Below, in pieces: positions 42,101 to 55,798 of a DNA stretch of 64,000 nucleotides. Source of the stretch: Ophelia neglecta (taxonomy: Eukaryota); the NCBI GenBank assembly GCA_965285935.1, contig OZ260666.1, forward strand, positions 49,290,001 to 49,354,000, given 5' to 3'. The notes beneath the pieces were generated by a model. It was not told the DNA's origin. It searched no databases and was given only the letters and a program-made list of their open reading frames with translations. Position 1 is the stretch's first letter. The number at the start of each line of letters is the position of its first letter. The translations under genes and the position numbers were made by a program.

Positions 42101-45100
42101 GACTTTCTCTACCTGCCTTGGTCACAGGTTGTAAATAGTGAACCCTCAAAAATCAGTCCGGTCGCTGCTCTGTAGCCTTTATTGTTAGTTGAAAACTAGT
42201 TTGATATAAATGTAAATAATTGCGCACGCCAAAAGAAAAACAGAGTTGCCACTTCATCGGTCGTCTTGCTTTTACAATACACCCTTGAACACTTGTGTTG
42301 TTTGAAAAACATTCCATGACAAATGTACTCGTTAATTCAATGTTTCTAAACCATACATGATGAAGCAGTTTCGTTCAATTTGTAACGGAGTAGATTTCGT
42401 GGGGCTCACTCGCAGTGCATCCGAATCTGATGATAACTCTGACCACATTCACCAGCTTTAGAATTGACCAGGCCAGCAAGTACTCTAATAACCGTTATCC
42501 GGCAATCTGAACTGCTGTTAACCTCTGTTAGTCTGTGTTGTTATGCGAAACTCGCGGGAATTGGAGAGTATGTAATTTTAAATCTAGTTTAATCAGCGGA
42601 TAAAGTGCTGCGTTTGGCACGTCCCATTTTTGTTGAATATTTCTTTTGCAGATAAAGTGAAATTTCAGATAAATTGTGAATTGTTTGAAGTGTGGTGGAG
42701 CGGCGATTTGCTGTCTGATGCTGGCGTTCAGGCCGGCTGCCACTCAGGCACGCCCCGAGGTGATGAATTCAAAGATAAGATGACGATGGCCGACCGTGAG
42801 TGTTCCGCAGGGAACGGTTAATTCCTCATTATTAGTTAGAGCTCATTACTTGAGCTAACATATACTTTGGCAGATGGTTAACGGTCAGGTCTAAATGCCG
42901 AACAAACCTCATCATCCGTGCTTGAAATTTCCAGGGTTTGTTTGGTTAATCACAAACCGGAAGTAGAAGCCATATGATAAGCTTGTCGGTTACAGTTTCT
43001 TGTTGTTTTTCCTCCAACAACTGTTTGTTGATTGTGGCAATTGAATAGCAAGGTATACGTGAAAGAAAACAAATAGTCCCATAGGAAGCGGTCAGGGGGC
43101 ATGACTAGGAGCAAATTGTGCCAGTCGTGTATACTATAAACATACTAAAACTCTCGGGTTCTACTGCGGCAGCTAGAGTACACGGGAGGTGTAGAAATAA
43201 GCCTCGTGTCTCTTAACATCCTTAACTGACATCGCACTCGGTTTGATTTACTGACTGTTTACTTATGATAGTTAGTTTATTTTGCTGGATAAACAGAGTA
43301 AAACAGAATCACTTGTTTCATGGACCGGATTCCTTCAGAAACACCAAGCTTTGTGACTGTCTGTTGTTAATAAGCAAACGACACCGGTGTTCAAGGGGGC
43401 TTTCACTTATCTACCAAAGCCGAAAAACCACGTTTAATAGTTTTCCTATGATCGCACTTGATGGCACCAGCCATTCTCATGCGGTTCATCGAAAATACCC
43501 AATGTACTCTTCAACCAATCCTAGTTTTGCGTGTTACCCTTTAGGGCTTTATCTAAGTGGTCACCGTTTTCATTTTGTGCCTAAGTAAAATAACATTCGT
43601 TTAACCGACCGTTTACCTCGAGTACAAATATCCCCACTATACCATTTGGTTGAAATTATCATGGTTTAGTTGATAAACACTGGAAACGATTTAATATGTT
43701 CGATGTTGTGGAACAACGGGCGCTGCCTGTGACTGCACTACCTCATACCCAACTCTCCTCTTTTTCTTCCACTTTTCATAGGAGTATTTATAAATGGAAG
43801 CCATATCGGCAACATCATCATTGGCCTGATGTGAAAATGTGTAACATATGTGATATTAGGGGGAGTCTGCCAGGGATATAGAGCAACGCTGTCCATACAC
43901 CGGTTATCGTTATTTTTCCCCGTCCGGTGATGGAGTCCGCAGATGGGAGATGTGGCCTCTATCTTAATCCAACCCCTTACCAGCCTAATAAACGCCCTTT
44001 ATGATAGTATATGTCGGCACCTTTGATAAATGAGAGAGAACCATATTTTCCATTTCAAACGCAAGTCTTAGAAATATGTATGTTAATAGATTTGTGTTTT
44101 GACCAAAGACATTTATTTAGTTCCAGTGCACTGCTTATACGATATAAATAATTTCTATGCGCGGGATTTGTTGGATTGAAACGACATTTGATTAAATTAA
44201 AATCTGATCGGTGCTGCTGAAGGTTGATTGCTAAGTTCGGAAGGCGATCGATTAAGGTCAAGCGTCAAGTACACAGGTCGAAAAATTCCTTCACATACTT
44301 TATCTATAACACCAACAAGAAGTGCATCTCAAGACCTAGCTGGAACTCGCTCTGTCAACGAATCATGATCACGTCTTTGTCAGGATGTTTTATTGATTCG
44401 TATAGTCTATATTCAACACATTTTAGGCTGGGGCTTTCAACTTGCTGGCCTAGACCTTATCTTGTCCCTGGGACATTCTCCAGTTCTAGAGGATCACGAT
44501 ATGTTGATAAACATTCTGTCCTGTCGTGGAAACGTTTGGAAACATCTCGCCAGACATTTTCTCGCATTACCTGAAGGTGAGATGTCTGCGCGTACGTCCC
44601 TCATCAAGCGGGGGCAAATTGAAAACCCAATGCATCAAAAACAGTGCTAGAAATGAGCTATTCCCACTTACTCAACTAACACAACATTGGACTAATCTGT
44701 CTGTTTTACTAACTTGAAACCAATAATACTTTTTTTCGTAGATAATCAGGACTAAAATACGAAATACTAACCTGCTATCTTACGAGTGATGAGTGACACA
44801 TCCGCCCCGGGAAAGTTTGTGTCTATGGGAGCAGCATGGCATCTAGGCATGTCAGTGCTTGTTATTTGCGTCTTGTAGCCAAAGCAGACGATCCGGAATC
44901 ACGTGATTATCGTGTAGAAAAGAGAAAACGACCTTGTTGTAAAAATGTGAAAATTTTACATTAATAATTTGAAAGAATGTTGTGTTAAACGAACAATCTT
45001 TTTTCGAATACTATCTTTACACTCTTCCCCAAACTAAAGGGATGGTTTTAAATCAGCGCGCGTATGAACTGCATTGTCTCCTGGCATTGTAAGATACTTA

Positions 45101-48100
45101 GTCTGCAGACTCATATAGGATTTCTCATGGATATTTGTCTGTTGTCACTCGATGAGATGTGTGGGTAGAGATAAGTCCGCGTGTACGCAGGTAACCAGGC
45201 TTGTAGGCTCATTAGCTCGGGGCAACTCACCACCAGACATCGCGCATTGACGGTTATTCCGGTAAAACCCCAGTAACTGTAACCCTCCCTATCAGAATGA
45301 CCTCAAACATCACACCTGTATAAAAACATAAAACTGGACCACCCATCTCGCTAAAATGATTACAAGGTCGTAATTTGCTGCCTTGTTTTCACCTAGAATT
45401 ACCCCGTTTGTGCTATATGAAATGTATCTGATGCGGCAGCTGTGTTTGATATGTCAGAACAGGTTCACCGTTTTATCAAAAACACCGAATGAATTAAAAC
45501 CTAGTAGCAGAGTGGAAACTATCTGCCTTTCATCACCTCTGTTTTAAGAGCCAAATTTCTGTTTAACTGAGATTAATGTTGATGATATTCTACACGCTGT
45601 TTGAACGATACACTTTCATTGTAGGTTTATTTGCAGTTTAGTTGACAGTCGGAAATCCCAACACAGACGTAGGCCAAGTCATCATATGTATCGCGATATG
45701 CATCAGCCGATAAAATGTCTCATATTTTTTTGTTTAATCTGTCGATTAATATCAATAAAGGCTCTGAATGATAATTTGTATCAAAAAAATGATCTTAATG
45801 TTATCATTTTAACATAGTGAATAATAATGTGGACATTTTGGAGAATATCTTTTTGTGCAATATTGAGAATTTCACTGCGTCAGGAAACTTCCAAGGGCTG
45901 ATATAATAATATACAATTATACATAATTTATTAAATATATTTATTTTCCTTCCCTTTAATGGATAATTAAACGCTAAAAAGCTCTAGGTCATTCCCGTAA
46001 GCTCATAAAACGCCACACGGGAGCTTTGATGCTCATTTGTGGGCAGCAAGAGGACTCCATGAGACAAGAGGAGACAACTTCAGATCTTAGACCTTTCACG
46101 GATTATTTTTATGCAAGTTCCGTCAGTATCAACGAGCTTCTAAATATCGTACAGAAAACGGTTGTTGTTTCTAAACTTCTGTTGCGCGCAATCATGTTCG
46201 AATTGATGGTCCAGCTGGTGGACAAATGGCCAGGCTATAATATATTGTTTTAAACTGTTATCTACCAAGGCTGCCTGGAACATATATCAACGATATGATT
46301 TCGTTGCCCTAAGTCGCAAATAAAAGCGTCGGCCAAAACGCATTCTTTCATTCTAATCTGTATACCAAAACTCACCGAAGACGTAGGCGCTCAACAGGTA
46401 AAAATGTTATTATAAACGGGCGTTTTAGGGGGAAAAACTACTATTTACAACTCTCGTAAACACGGGTTAAGGGAAGTTGAGGGATGATGATTTATCTACC
46501 TCGGCAGCTTATTAATTTTGTCTTGGCAGTTTAGTTTATGTTCGATTTGATTTGCAAGTAGTACTTTAATTATAGTGATTTTGTTAAAAAAAATATACCC
46601 ACCCGCGTGTAAACGTATGTGTCTTTCTTGTGTATGACAAAAGACCAATACGTGGTGCCCGTGTACGTACGTTTGACATACGGGGTGGCAATTGAGTACT
46701 CCAAGCTTAACACGTGTGTGTATGGCAAATGAGAGAGCAACTAAATATCCTGGGTGATCCTGGGTATGTATCACATACTGAATGGCAAATAAATACTGCT
46801 CAAACTTACGTTTGACCACTGTTGGGTAACTCGCCCCAGGCAGAAGATTAGTCTGGTAAGTAAGGTGAAAGATGTTTCAGCTCACAACTGTCACTAGACA
46901 ACGCTTCTTGCTAGAGCGGGTTTCCAACGACAAGTAGATAATGCCAATAGTTGGGCACATGGCTCCGACGTTTGTATCGCACCGGTCGGCAAATAAGTAG
47001 TGCTCCTATAAGTATGTATATAGCAAACAGGAAGGCATATATAAGGACCGCTTTTACGTGTGTATGACGTAAGGGCAAACGGTAAGACAGCTAAGTACTG
47101 CTCCTTCAAGCTAACAGGATGAAAATTGATTGCAACTCTTGTGCCAATTTATGGCAAACGAGTTGGCAAATATGTACTGCTCTTGCGTTTGTATGATAAA
47201 GGTGATTCCAAATGGCAGATCATTTTGTAAAATAAGTCAAGACTGAGTCACAACATGCCTTAAAACAATAAGCTTTCTCTTATTTGAAGTCACAGTAACA
47301 TAATTCTATAAGAAAGCTTCATCGTCGTTACTCCTTACACTCCCAGCCCCCTGTTACCGCGGTCTATACGGATCTGAAAGGTCTCACCCTGATTTGCTTA
47401 CCCCTATCGAACACCCCATGACACCTAGTCAAACTACATCAATTTTGCAGCAGTTGCACCTTCAAAGCACTGAGCAAGCAGCCCGACTCACCTCTCAAAA
47501 CTGTTACATTTATAAGCAATGAAAACTGGAATGAATGCCTGGCAGACAAAGCCACGTCGTTGATCAAGAAGAGTCTCTTATATCGATCCGAAATCACCAG
47601 GAACCAGCAGCCACAGTGAATCAACAAATAATAAACAAAAGTGAGCAGAAATTAAGGCGTCAATGAACTAAGCATTCGAACAGAAGATGGGTGGAAAAAA
47701 TAATCCTGATTTTTTTCTGATGAATGTCGCAACTATTGCAGTGAACTTGGAAAACAGAAAAAAACCTCAAATACGCAATCTCATTTAGTACAAATATTTT
47801 ATATTGCTGGGTTCATGGCGTGTAAGTTTTCACGTGTATATATCGTCCCAACCGAACGTATTGGAATACACGTAGCTAAACTTTTTTCCCCTGCGTCCTC
47901 TACTCAATGATATCAACCGAGCAATTTTACAGGCCATTTCATGGCTTTGGCCCTGCACTTCGGTAATAACCGTGACTTTTGACAGGTTGATAAGACAACT
48001 TAGATGGAGGACAAGCCACGTAGCAGCCGACACCTGTCAGAGGGTTATCTGGACGAGTTTACCGCATGCTGATGTTCTATTTCTGGGTCTGATGTCAAAC

Positions 48101-51100
48101 ATCAGAAAGCAATTTAAAATTAAATTTGAAGGAGGAAAACGACGCAAGATTTACTTCGAGTTGATTGTCCTATATCAATAATTAACTTTTCGTAGACTTT
48201 AAAACTCATATTTACTTATGTTTTGCCGTGGGACTGGGACCTATATTAAACGAGGAAGAGTAATATTTAACAACAACACGGGTGCTGTGAAGGAGACCGG
48301 TTTGACTGATGTCTGTGTCTAAAGTACGTCCGACTTGCCGGTTGTCACAAATATAAACAATACTTATAAACCTACGATACCATCACATGATCCTATTATC
48401 TAGCCGATGGATATTCTACCGATTACTGGGATTTTTGTAGGAAAATCTTCGACTACAGTCCTTTATTTGTCTTTGAACATCATAAGTATCACTTCCACAA
48501 GTCATCAGATTTGCACAAAAAGACATGAATGGCGACGTTTTAAAGCTGACGGGGAAAAAGTTGATTTACCTTGTTGTACTCTTAATGAAAAAGTTAGCGA
48601 TAAAATCGCTAGCCGTAAACTAAATTTCATCTCTATGTAAGTATTTAGCGAAACACCGATGTGATAAGTTAAGCGCCTTTTTAATGTCAAGATATTTTTT
48701 ATTTGAGATGACAACCGATCACAACCGATCAGACAAACACGACTCAAGACAAGAAGTAAGACCATACACATTAGCCAGTCAGTGGTGGCCAGGGCTGCTG
48801 ACCAGACCTGCTTTCAAGTCATCTTTTTGCCTCCAAGCTATAAGTGTTTAGGTGAAGACAGCATTGCTAAAAAATAAATGTTGTAAACAGCCAAAATTGT
48901 GAATATTCTAAGAATATATGTTACACATTAATAATAATCACTTTTCCGAGTGGAACGTTAGTAGTGTCCTGAACTAACGAGAAATGAGCTGAAACCTTAC
49001 GACAACACGGTTCTAACAACCCTTGATACTTCGCAGTACCAGAACAGCCTTCTAAATGATCTTTATCCGGTATATATTAATGATTGGGACTTCCAATTTC
49101 CGTGGTAGTTTGTACCTACATGTATCATCCTGGTGCAGTCGTGCTCCTATGTACGTAAGGAAGGACTTGTCACCTGGTGGCATAAAGCTATACAAATATA
49201 GTCAATCGGCAATAGGAGACATTCAAATTAGTGCACATACCGCAGGAAGTATTTGCAAGAAAAACACTGGTAATAGAACACTAGCTGAAGGCTATTGTGG
49301 GATGCCACTTAAATGTCGGATTTAACCCACAATGTACATTATTGTCGGCTTCTATTAAGCCAAACTTCATTTGACTTTTGTCTTTTTATCACAGAGAGAA
49401 AAATCACCGGCAAACCGCGGGCTGTGACAGTTGAAGTGGTGAATGCGACGGTAAGCTCAAGTGTTGATTTTTTTCGATTGCCTAGTTAGATTACAAAAAA
49501 AGACAATTAAGATATGATTTTTTTCTATTTGTTTATGCCCTTATCTGAATAGAGCATCGACGTAAAATGGCAAAAGCCACGAGGCAACAAGGAGTGCCCT
49601 GCCGAACGATACCTCATCAGACTCAAGCACGACGGAGCGCGGCGGGCCAAAACATGGAAGATAGATGGCGCTCGAACCTCTCTTACTGTTCACAGTCTAC
49701 TAGAGGGCACCACGTACGTGTAGATGTCTTTTTTCTCGAATGTCATATCGCTTCTTCATGCAGAATATTAAAAAGGCGCATTACGCCGCTAACACTTTTT
49801 TCTTAAGGTATTTCATACGTTTGGTGGCAGTGAACTGTGAGGGAAGGAGTAATCCTACTAAGTGGGTAAAAGTGAGAACTGCAGAGCACGACCATGTCTT
49901 CAGGCGAAACAACATTCTGCCTGGCTCCACCAGAGAGATCACATCTCCCATTCATCCCTCACCAATAGATGAAAGCCCCCAAGAAGACGAATATGAGCCT
50001 ATCGGAAATGGTATAGCACCGCTACACACTACCTTATATATAACCCTGCTTCACACTTCTACACTATGTATACGGAAGAAATCCCATAAAATGATCAATT
50101 GCGGGCGAATCCATAGGCCTAGATGAATTTGTGGCATAGGTTAAAATGGACTGTTATTGGATTTTGTGTCTATGGCCAGACTATAGTAGCTTCTGAATCG
50201 CCTATAGTATAAAATGTACACATATTTTTCATGGTAGTATGCCGAGGTTTCGTTCATGTATAATGCATGTTTCATCAACGAAGGTTTCAGGAAGTTCCTT
50301 GTCATTTGCTCGCAAAAGGCAAATTACGTGTCTGAGTTTCAGACGACATTCTATAAGTGAAAACGTATCATTATTTCAGAGACTGTGGTGCCGGGAAAAG
50401 CCACATACGTGCGAACGCGGACGTTTCCCGACTCCGTGTTTGTTATGTGGAGACCCCCAGATAATGAGGACATTTTGGTTCGAGGTTATATTGTCGGGTA
50501 TGGTGAGGGAGTTCCAGATGTAAACTGGCAGTATGTAGACGCTTTGCGGCGGAATGTCACCATAAAAAATTTAAGTAGGTCATACACTTATTGGCATTCA
50601 CATCATTAAAGGCATATATTTAAACAGTTTTATATAATTAAGATGGTATGTTTCCCATTGCCCACAACTTTTGATTTTTTTCAATGAATGACAGACACAG
50701 GCCTGTGTATGTATTTGGTATCCTCTGACCCTAGCTCATATAAATACTGACTTCAGTTTGAATTATTTTCATCTAGAGTCGGCCACCCAGTATGTTATTA
50801 GTCTTCGGGCCTTCAACAACTTTGGCAAAGGCGATGTGGTCTATGACCTGATTTATACCCGCGAGAAGCCAGGTAAGTGCGTACGCAGCCGGAAATCCCA
50901 ACGCCGCCATGTCTGCCATGTCTGCCTGGCCGTCGTTAGGCGACTTTAAAGCTTGACTGTACCTGTCAATTATGACACGGAACAGGAAATGCCTTGAGCG
51001 GGACATTTCCCTCCGTCGTTAATCAATAATTTCTAAGGAATTCACCACCGCTCGTAGCGACTTTGTACTGGTGACGTAATGACTGTAATAAAGGTGCTAT

Positions 51101-54100
51101 GGGCCTGGAACTCACGTATACGTACCATAATATGAGCTTCTAAATGTCTGCTCTGATACAAATTGACTAACAATAGTAAACATGTTTAACACATGTCCTA
51201 ACTATAGGGAATTATCTAAGGACCAATACTAATTTTTTTGATTTAATAATTTGGTAATGCACCAACATAGTTTCCCCTTCAGTGATTTATTATATTACCA
51301 GCAGGACCGACGGTGGGCCCCATCTCGCAGCCCACCCAGGTACGAGCCAAGGTGCTGTCCCCGTCCACAGTGTGGTTACAGTGGACAGACCCGACCCTCG
51401 GCCGACACCAACAGATCACCGACTCGAGGTATTACAACGTACATTACCAGGTAGGTCAGCAATCCACCACAGACACTAACCTACATTTACCTGATATTAT
51501 GCATGGTCCGTTATATATATTCTAATTTCGACATTAGATCTGGAACATGTATATATATAAAGCAAGTTTTCTTAAACAAATTTTACAAAGACTATTGTAT
51601 CATAGTATGCAAATTGCTTTTTTTATGTGGGGCGGGAAATGCTATCTTATGTGTGGACCATATACATGCACATATATCAGGCTATTTGACTTTGGCAGGC
51701 GTTGCCCCAGGGCAAGACGCTGTCTGTGATTGTCAAAGCGTTACACGTTGTGTTGTACGACCTAACCCCGGGGACCAAGTATGGCTTCAAGGTGAGAGTC
51801 ATCAAGGACTCCCAATCCAGCGGCTTCTCAGCACACGCGGTCAACAAGACATTTGAAACAGGTGAGATCAGATGAATATAATACCTGTATAGAACAAGAA
51901 AGTAAGTGATTTATCGGGATGTCTGATCGCAACGCCTTTAAATGCCCTCAAGGTCCTTGAAATAGAGTGTAAGCCAACCGCTTCGATCTGAACTTCTCAA
52001 AGACGTTGGTCTGGACCACATCAAAGCACTTAACCAAAAAATTGCAACATCATTATAGAATAAACGCGCATTGCAACTTATGACTGTTGCTGCTTTTGAC
52101 AGGCCAAATGGTTATCATTGATAGAGAAGGATTCCCTTTAAGTTGAATCTATTCGAGGTATTTCCCCTTCAAATTACTTTTCATAGCGAATTTGAGATAG
52201 CAATCTGCGATAAGTGGACATTTAATCTAAATAGACGAAGAGAGAAACATTTGTGGACTGAGTAGGTTCATTGAGTTCTGCCTTTGCCCTGCCACTTTCC
52301 TTGTGACTTCTCATCTCTTATCTTGTCTAATACATCTCTGAGGAGAGTGCCATTTTGTGGGACGAATGAGGCGATATGACCCTTGGGAGATTTACTTGAC
52401 TTTCCTGTGTCTCTTCCGGGCAGTTTATCTGACCTTTCACGATCCCTCCACTCATAATATTATTTACTATTGATTCGCGTTGCACTTGTAATCCTGCGAG
52501 GACAATTCACGATTGGGAGATGGTTTAACACGGGACTGAGCACAGGGGCTTTCACGCTAGATGGAGCAGATACCGACTTCATGCATGGGACTCTGCAATG
52601 CCCGATTTTTTCTCGTTGGATTTCATCATAGTTGAGCACAGTATTCAATTATAAGACACTGAATAATCTAGATGACTTTACCACTGAACAGAGTTTCTAT
52701 GAGGGAACACTGAGTACAGACACATAAAACAAATACTCGAGATGACTGCATCATATCACTACAACACCCAAAAGACGACTCATCACAATATATATGAGTC
52801 TGTACAGAGTACACCTTCTTACAACTGAGAGAATCGAATATTTTTATTCAGATTCCAGAAAGATAGAGTCATCGTTCGTGTAATTTTCACGGAGCAAAAT
52901 AAGGATTTATGAACCATCTGTTTTGTACCCTCATAGGTTGAATTTGCACCAAGGGTGTAGACAGCAGAAACAGGATATAGACTAAGTCAGGAGCTAGTTA
53001 ATCTGTATATCAAGTTGGAAGTGGTCGGCTGCCAAATAGTTGTACCTTTCCCCTCCCACATCGCCACCATAGCGAAGCATACTATCCCACATATCATGGC
53101 AGCCTGACCAGGAAAGATACACAAGTCACTCAAACTTCATCCACTCGAACTCGACATATGCTAACTTAATCGCTGTTTCCTCAAAATGCTAACTCAACTT
53201 ACTCGACATAACCTATTCGGGAATTCTCATATAATCATTATAATTCATTTGTATTTTCTCCACTTATTTCGCTTATTTTATCAATTTATTTCTCTTGGCA
53301 ACTCTTCTAGATTCATGGTCACAATTTTTAATTTTTATATGAGTAAAATCTTAACTGTATAAAGCGAACTTCCTGCGTGGATTTAAAACCATTATACAAT
53401 GGTGCCTGGGCGTTACAGTATTAAAAACATCTCAGAACACTGTATATTTTTTATCTGCCAATCCCATATTTAGGAGAATGGATATAATGCTTTAGGGGGA
53501 AACGTAATATATACTCCTTTGCGTGGCAGTAGACATTGCCACTTTTCATTGTGGCCGGGTTCAGAGTGTCGTCTGCTGGCATCCTGTGCTAGGTAGCCGG
53601 GTAGTACCAAGCCAGAGACGGTGCAATCAATTTGCCAGGCGAGCGCGCTCTTGCTCTGACCTTCCGAACTGAGGGAGTTTCCGGAATGTCGCGTACGACA
53701 CAAAAGATGCGGCTATCCGCTTTTGTTTATTTACATCGTCATACTGGCTTGGCAGTATCTTCTCGGCGCTTCCAAGACACGTTCAAAACGACTACCTATA
53801 TTTTGCAGCTTTTTATAGCCCTGTTGGCTTTCATAAAGAACTATCCCAGGGCACCTCAATATTGATATTCTGATAACCGCCCCATCCCACAAAGAATCAA
53901 CTAGATTATTAATAAATAAGTAGCCTATTTATGTTGTAATTATAAATTACACATTAGCTACTCGGACGTCGTTAATGCTGGCTGGTTCCATCAGCTTAGC
54001 GGAATTGTATTCGTAATTTATATAAATATATAACTAGGATCAAAACATGCAGCTGAGAAATTAATCTCGGTATTTCACAAGTGTGGAAGGAAGAGACATT

Positions 54101-55798
54101 TATAGAATAGGCCTATATATAACTGATATATACTATAATATAGGCATGTGTAAGATTTAAGGAACTAGCAATATATTGTAAGATCTATATTCTTGGAGCC
54201 TATAGCTTTGTCGTTCACGTGTAAACGTACAGGTAGGCTTATGGGCTTTGTAAACGTACAGGTAGATCTAAGGGTTTTGTCAATGTACAGGTAGATCTAA
54301 GGGTTTTAAAAGATACATGTAGGCCTATAGACTTCGTGATGGTGCAGTTAGGCCTATAGGTTTTGTAAACGTATGGTAGGCCTATAGGCTTTTGAAAGTA
54401 AATTATAATGTATGTATAATCCACAGCGCCGACGTCTGCTCCGAGAGACATTGAGATTGTCAACGTACCCAGTAACACCTCCGAGATGGCCGTGCGGATA
54501 TCGTGGAAATCACCGAGACAGCCCAACGGGATTATCTCAGGTTAGCCTCAGATACTGAACAGGGGTGGGTGCTCGGGGGTATTTAAAATGTCAATGACTA
54601 TGGTAAAGGTAAAATAAAACTTACAAAAGCATATTACACAATGGAAGTAGATGGAAATGTCGATCTCTGGGGATGCACTAATGCTTAAGTCGACTATAAT
54701 TGATCATTTCAGGCTATTTGATATTCTACACTTGGAATCCCTCACTGCCCCCCTCCAGGTGGATGGTGGTGCCCGTCGTGCCCAGCAAAGGATTGACACA
54801 AGAAGCGTTTGTCGACGGATTGGACTCTAATGTCACATACTACTTTCAACTGCAAGCAAGGAACCAGCAAGGATACGGTCCCATGTCAGACACTCTGCCC
54901 TACACTACTAGGGTCAACGGTGAGTATGTTTTTGTATGAATTTTACAGGTTAGTTATACTGAATGCAATGAAACTTTGTCAGAAGGGTAGAAAGTAGGAC
55001 GTTATTATGAGTATAATAAAGCGACGGAAGTGTGTGGTTGAGAACCAATCAGTATTTAGTTGATGGTAAGTCGGATGAACATGTCACCATTTCCATATTC
55101 GTCTTCGTTTTTTCGGCATTTAGCTATTTGGATTGAAACTCCGTGGCTTTTGTCTTAGATTGAATATTGGCTTTATTATTCCCCCAACACTGTTTCTTCT
55201 AGGCGGTGACAACCGTGAACCTGACGTGACGGCCATGTTATCCGAGGCAGACGAGATTGATCCGGATGAGGAAGTTGAAGCCATTGAGAACGAGCCAGGC
55301 GAGGATGATAAAGAGGACATGTCTTATCGCACTAACGAATATAAAGACAGCTACCGTGAGGTGTATGGGGAGCCTGTGGCCGAGACCCTGACGTCAGAGC
55401 AGGAGGTCGAAGTGGCGTCCAGTAAGACCAAACGAGAGCAGGGCTTCCTCGCCCACGGCGGGAACGGAGTCGACGTGGACGAGCAGCAGGGCTCGACTAA
55501 CAAACTCAAGGTCAAATTTCAAGCCAAGGTTAGGCATCACGTGACGGGCGTGGTCACGTGGCCCGATCCGTGTCCGGCTTCGGACGCCAAAATTGTAGGC
55601 TACATATTTAGATATTACGAGAGCCACGGCGATGATCACATAACAAATCCAGTGTCTCATAATCTGGCTGAAAACTTTATCATGCTTGATCACCTGGAGC
55701 CGGACACAAAATACGGATACCAAATCAAGTATATTTATGATAACAACACGGAGAGTCAATGGACGCAGGAGGACACTCTGGATACGCACAAAAAGTGA
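36173..55798 (+). CDS. Secreted fibronectin type-III protein (signal peptide + 5 FN3), neogenin/DCC FN4-6-like core, FNDC1-like architecture; about 679 aa
   Basis: Exons 36173-36272 (signal peptide MTGVRVFVIFLIVLGLSSSHA), 49395-49450, 49553-49713, 49808-50010, 50380-50574, 50777-50872, 51302-51450, 51699-51861, 54427-54540, 54713-54919 and 55203-55798. They sum to 2040 nt, all GT-AG, phases consistent. Neogenin/DCC-like motifs: WRPPDNEDILVRGYIVGYG, YVISLRAFNNFGKG, HQQITDSRYY, APTSAPRD, YYFQLQARNQQGYGPMS. The stop is followed by AATAAA at 55851. The link from exon 1 across a 13-kb intron is the least certain part. Confidence 0.88.
36500..36611 (-). mobile_element. Possible tRNA-derived SINE head
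   Basis: The minus strand reads GGAGATGAGCTAATGGTTAAG...CTGAGGTTGCGG..TTCAAACC, giving A-box-like and B-box-like segments without a complete cloverleaf. Confidence 0.4.
38049..38228. mobile_element. MITE-like element with degenerate GCGGATC terminal inverted repeats
   Basis: Left end CACTAGCGGATCTAGG, right end CCGAGATCCGCCC, with internal G-runs and C-runs. Same type as the element at 56068-56239. Confidence 0.45.
54221..54396. repeat. 29-bp minisatellite, about 6 copies, intronic
   Basis: Unit approximates TGTAAACGTACAGGTAGGCCTATGGGCTT; the array ends about 30 bp upstream of the exon 9 acceptor. Confidence 0.85.

Noticed and set aside
41768-42138. Overlapping 70-101 aa ORFs in a GC-richer patch
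   Set aside because: No recognisable motif and no convincing splice sites in phase with the host gene.
46590-47185. Recurring GGCAAATAxxTAxTGCTC motif
   Set aside because: Only three or four irregularly spaced degenerate copies; probably an old decayed tandem repeat.
49395-55798. Calling the FN3 gene neogenin/DCC/frazzled
   Set aside because: It has no Ig domains, TM helix or P1-P3 motifs, and ends in an unrelated FN3 followed by a stop and poly(A) signal.
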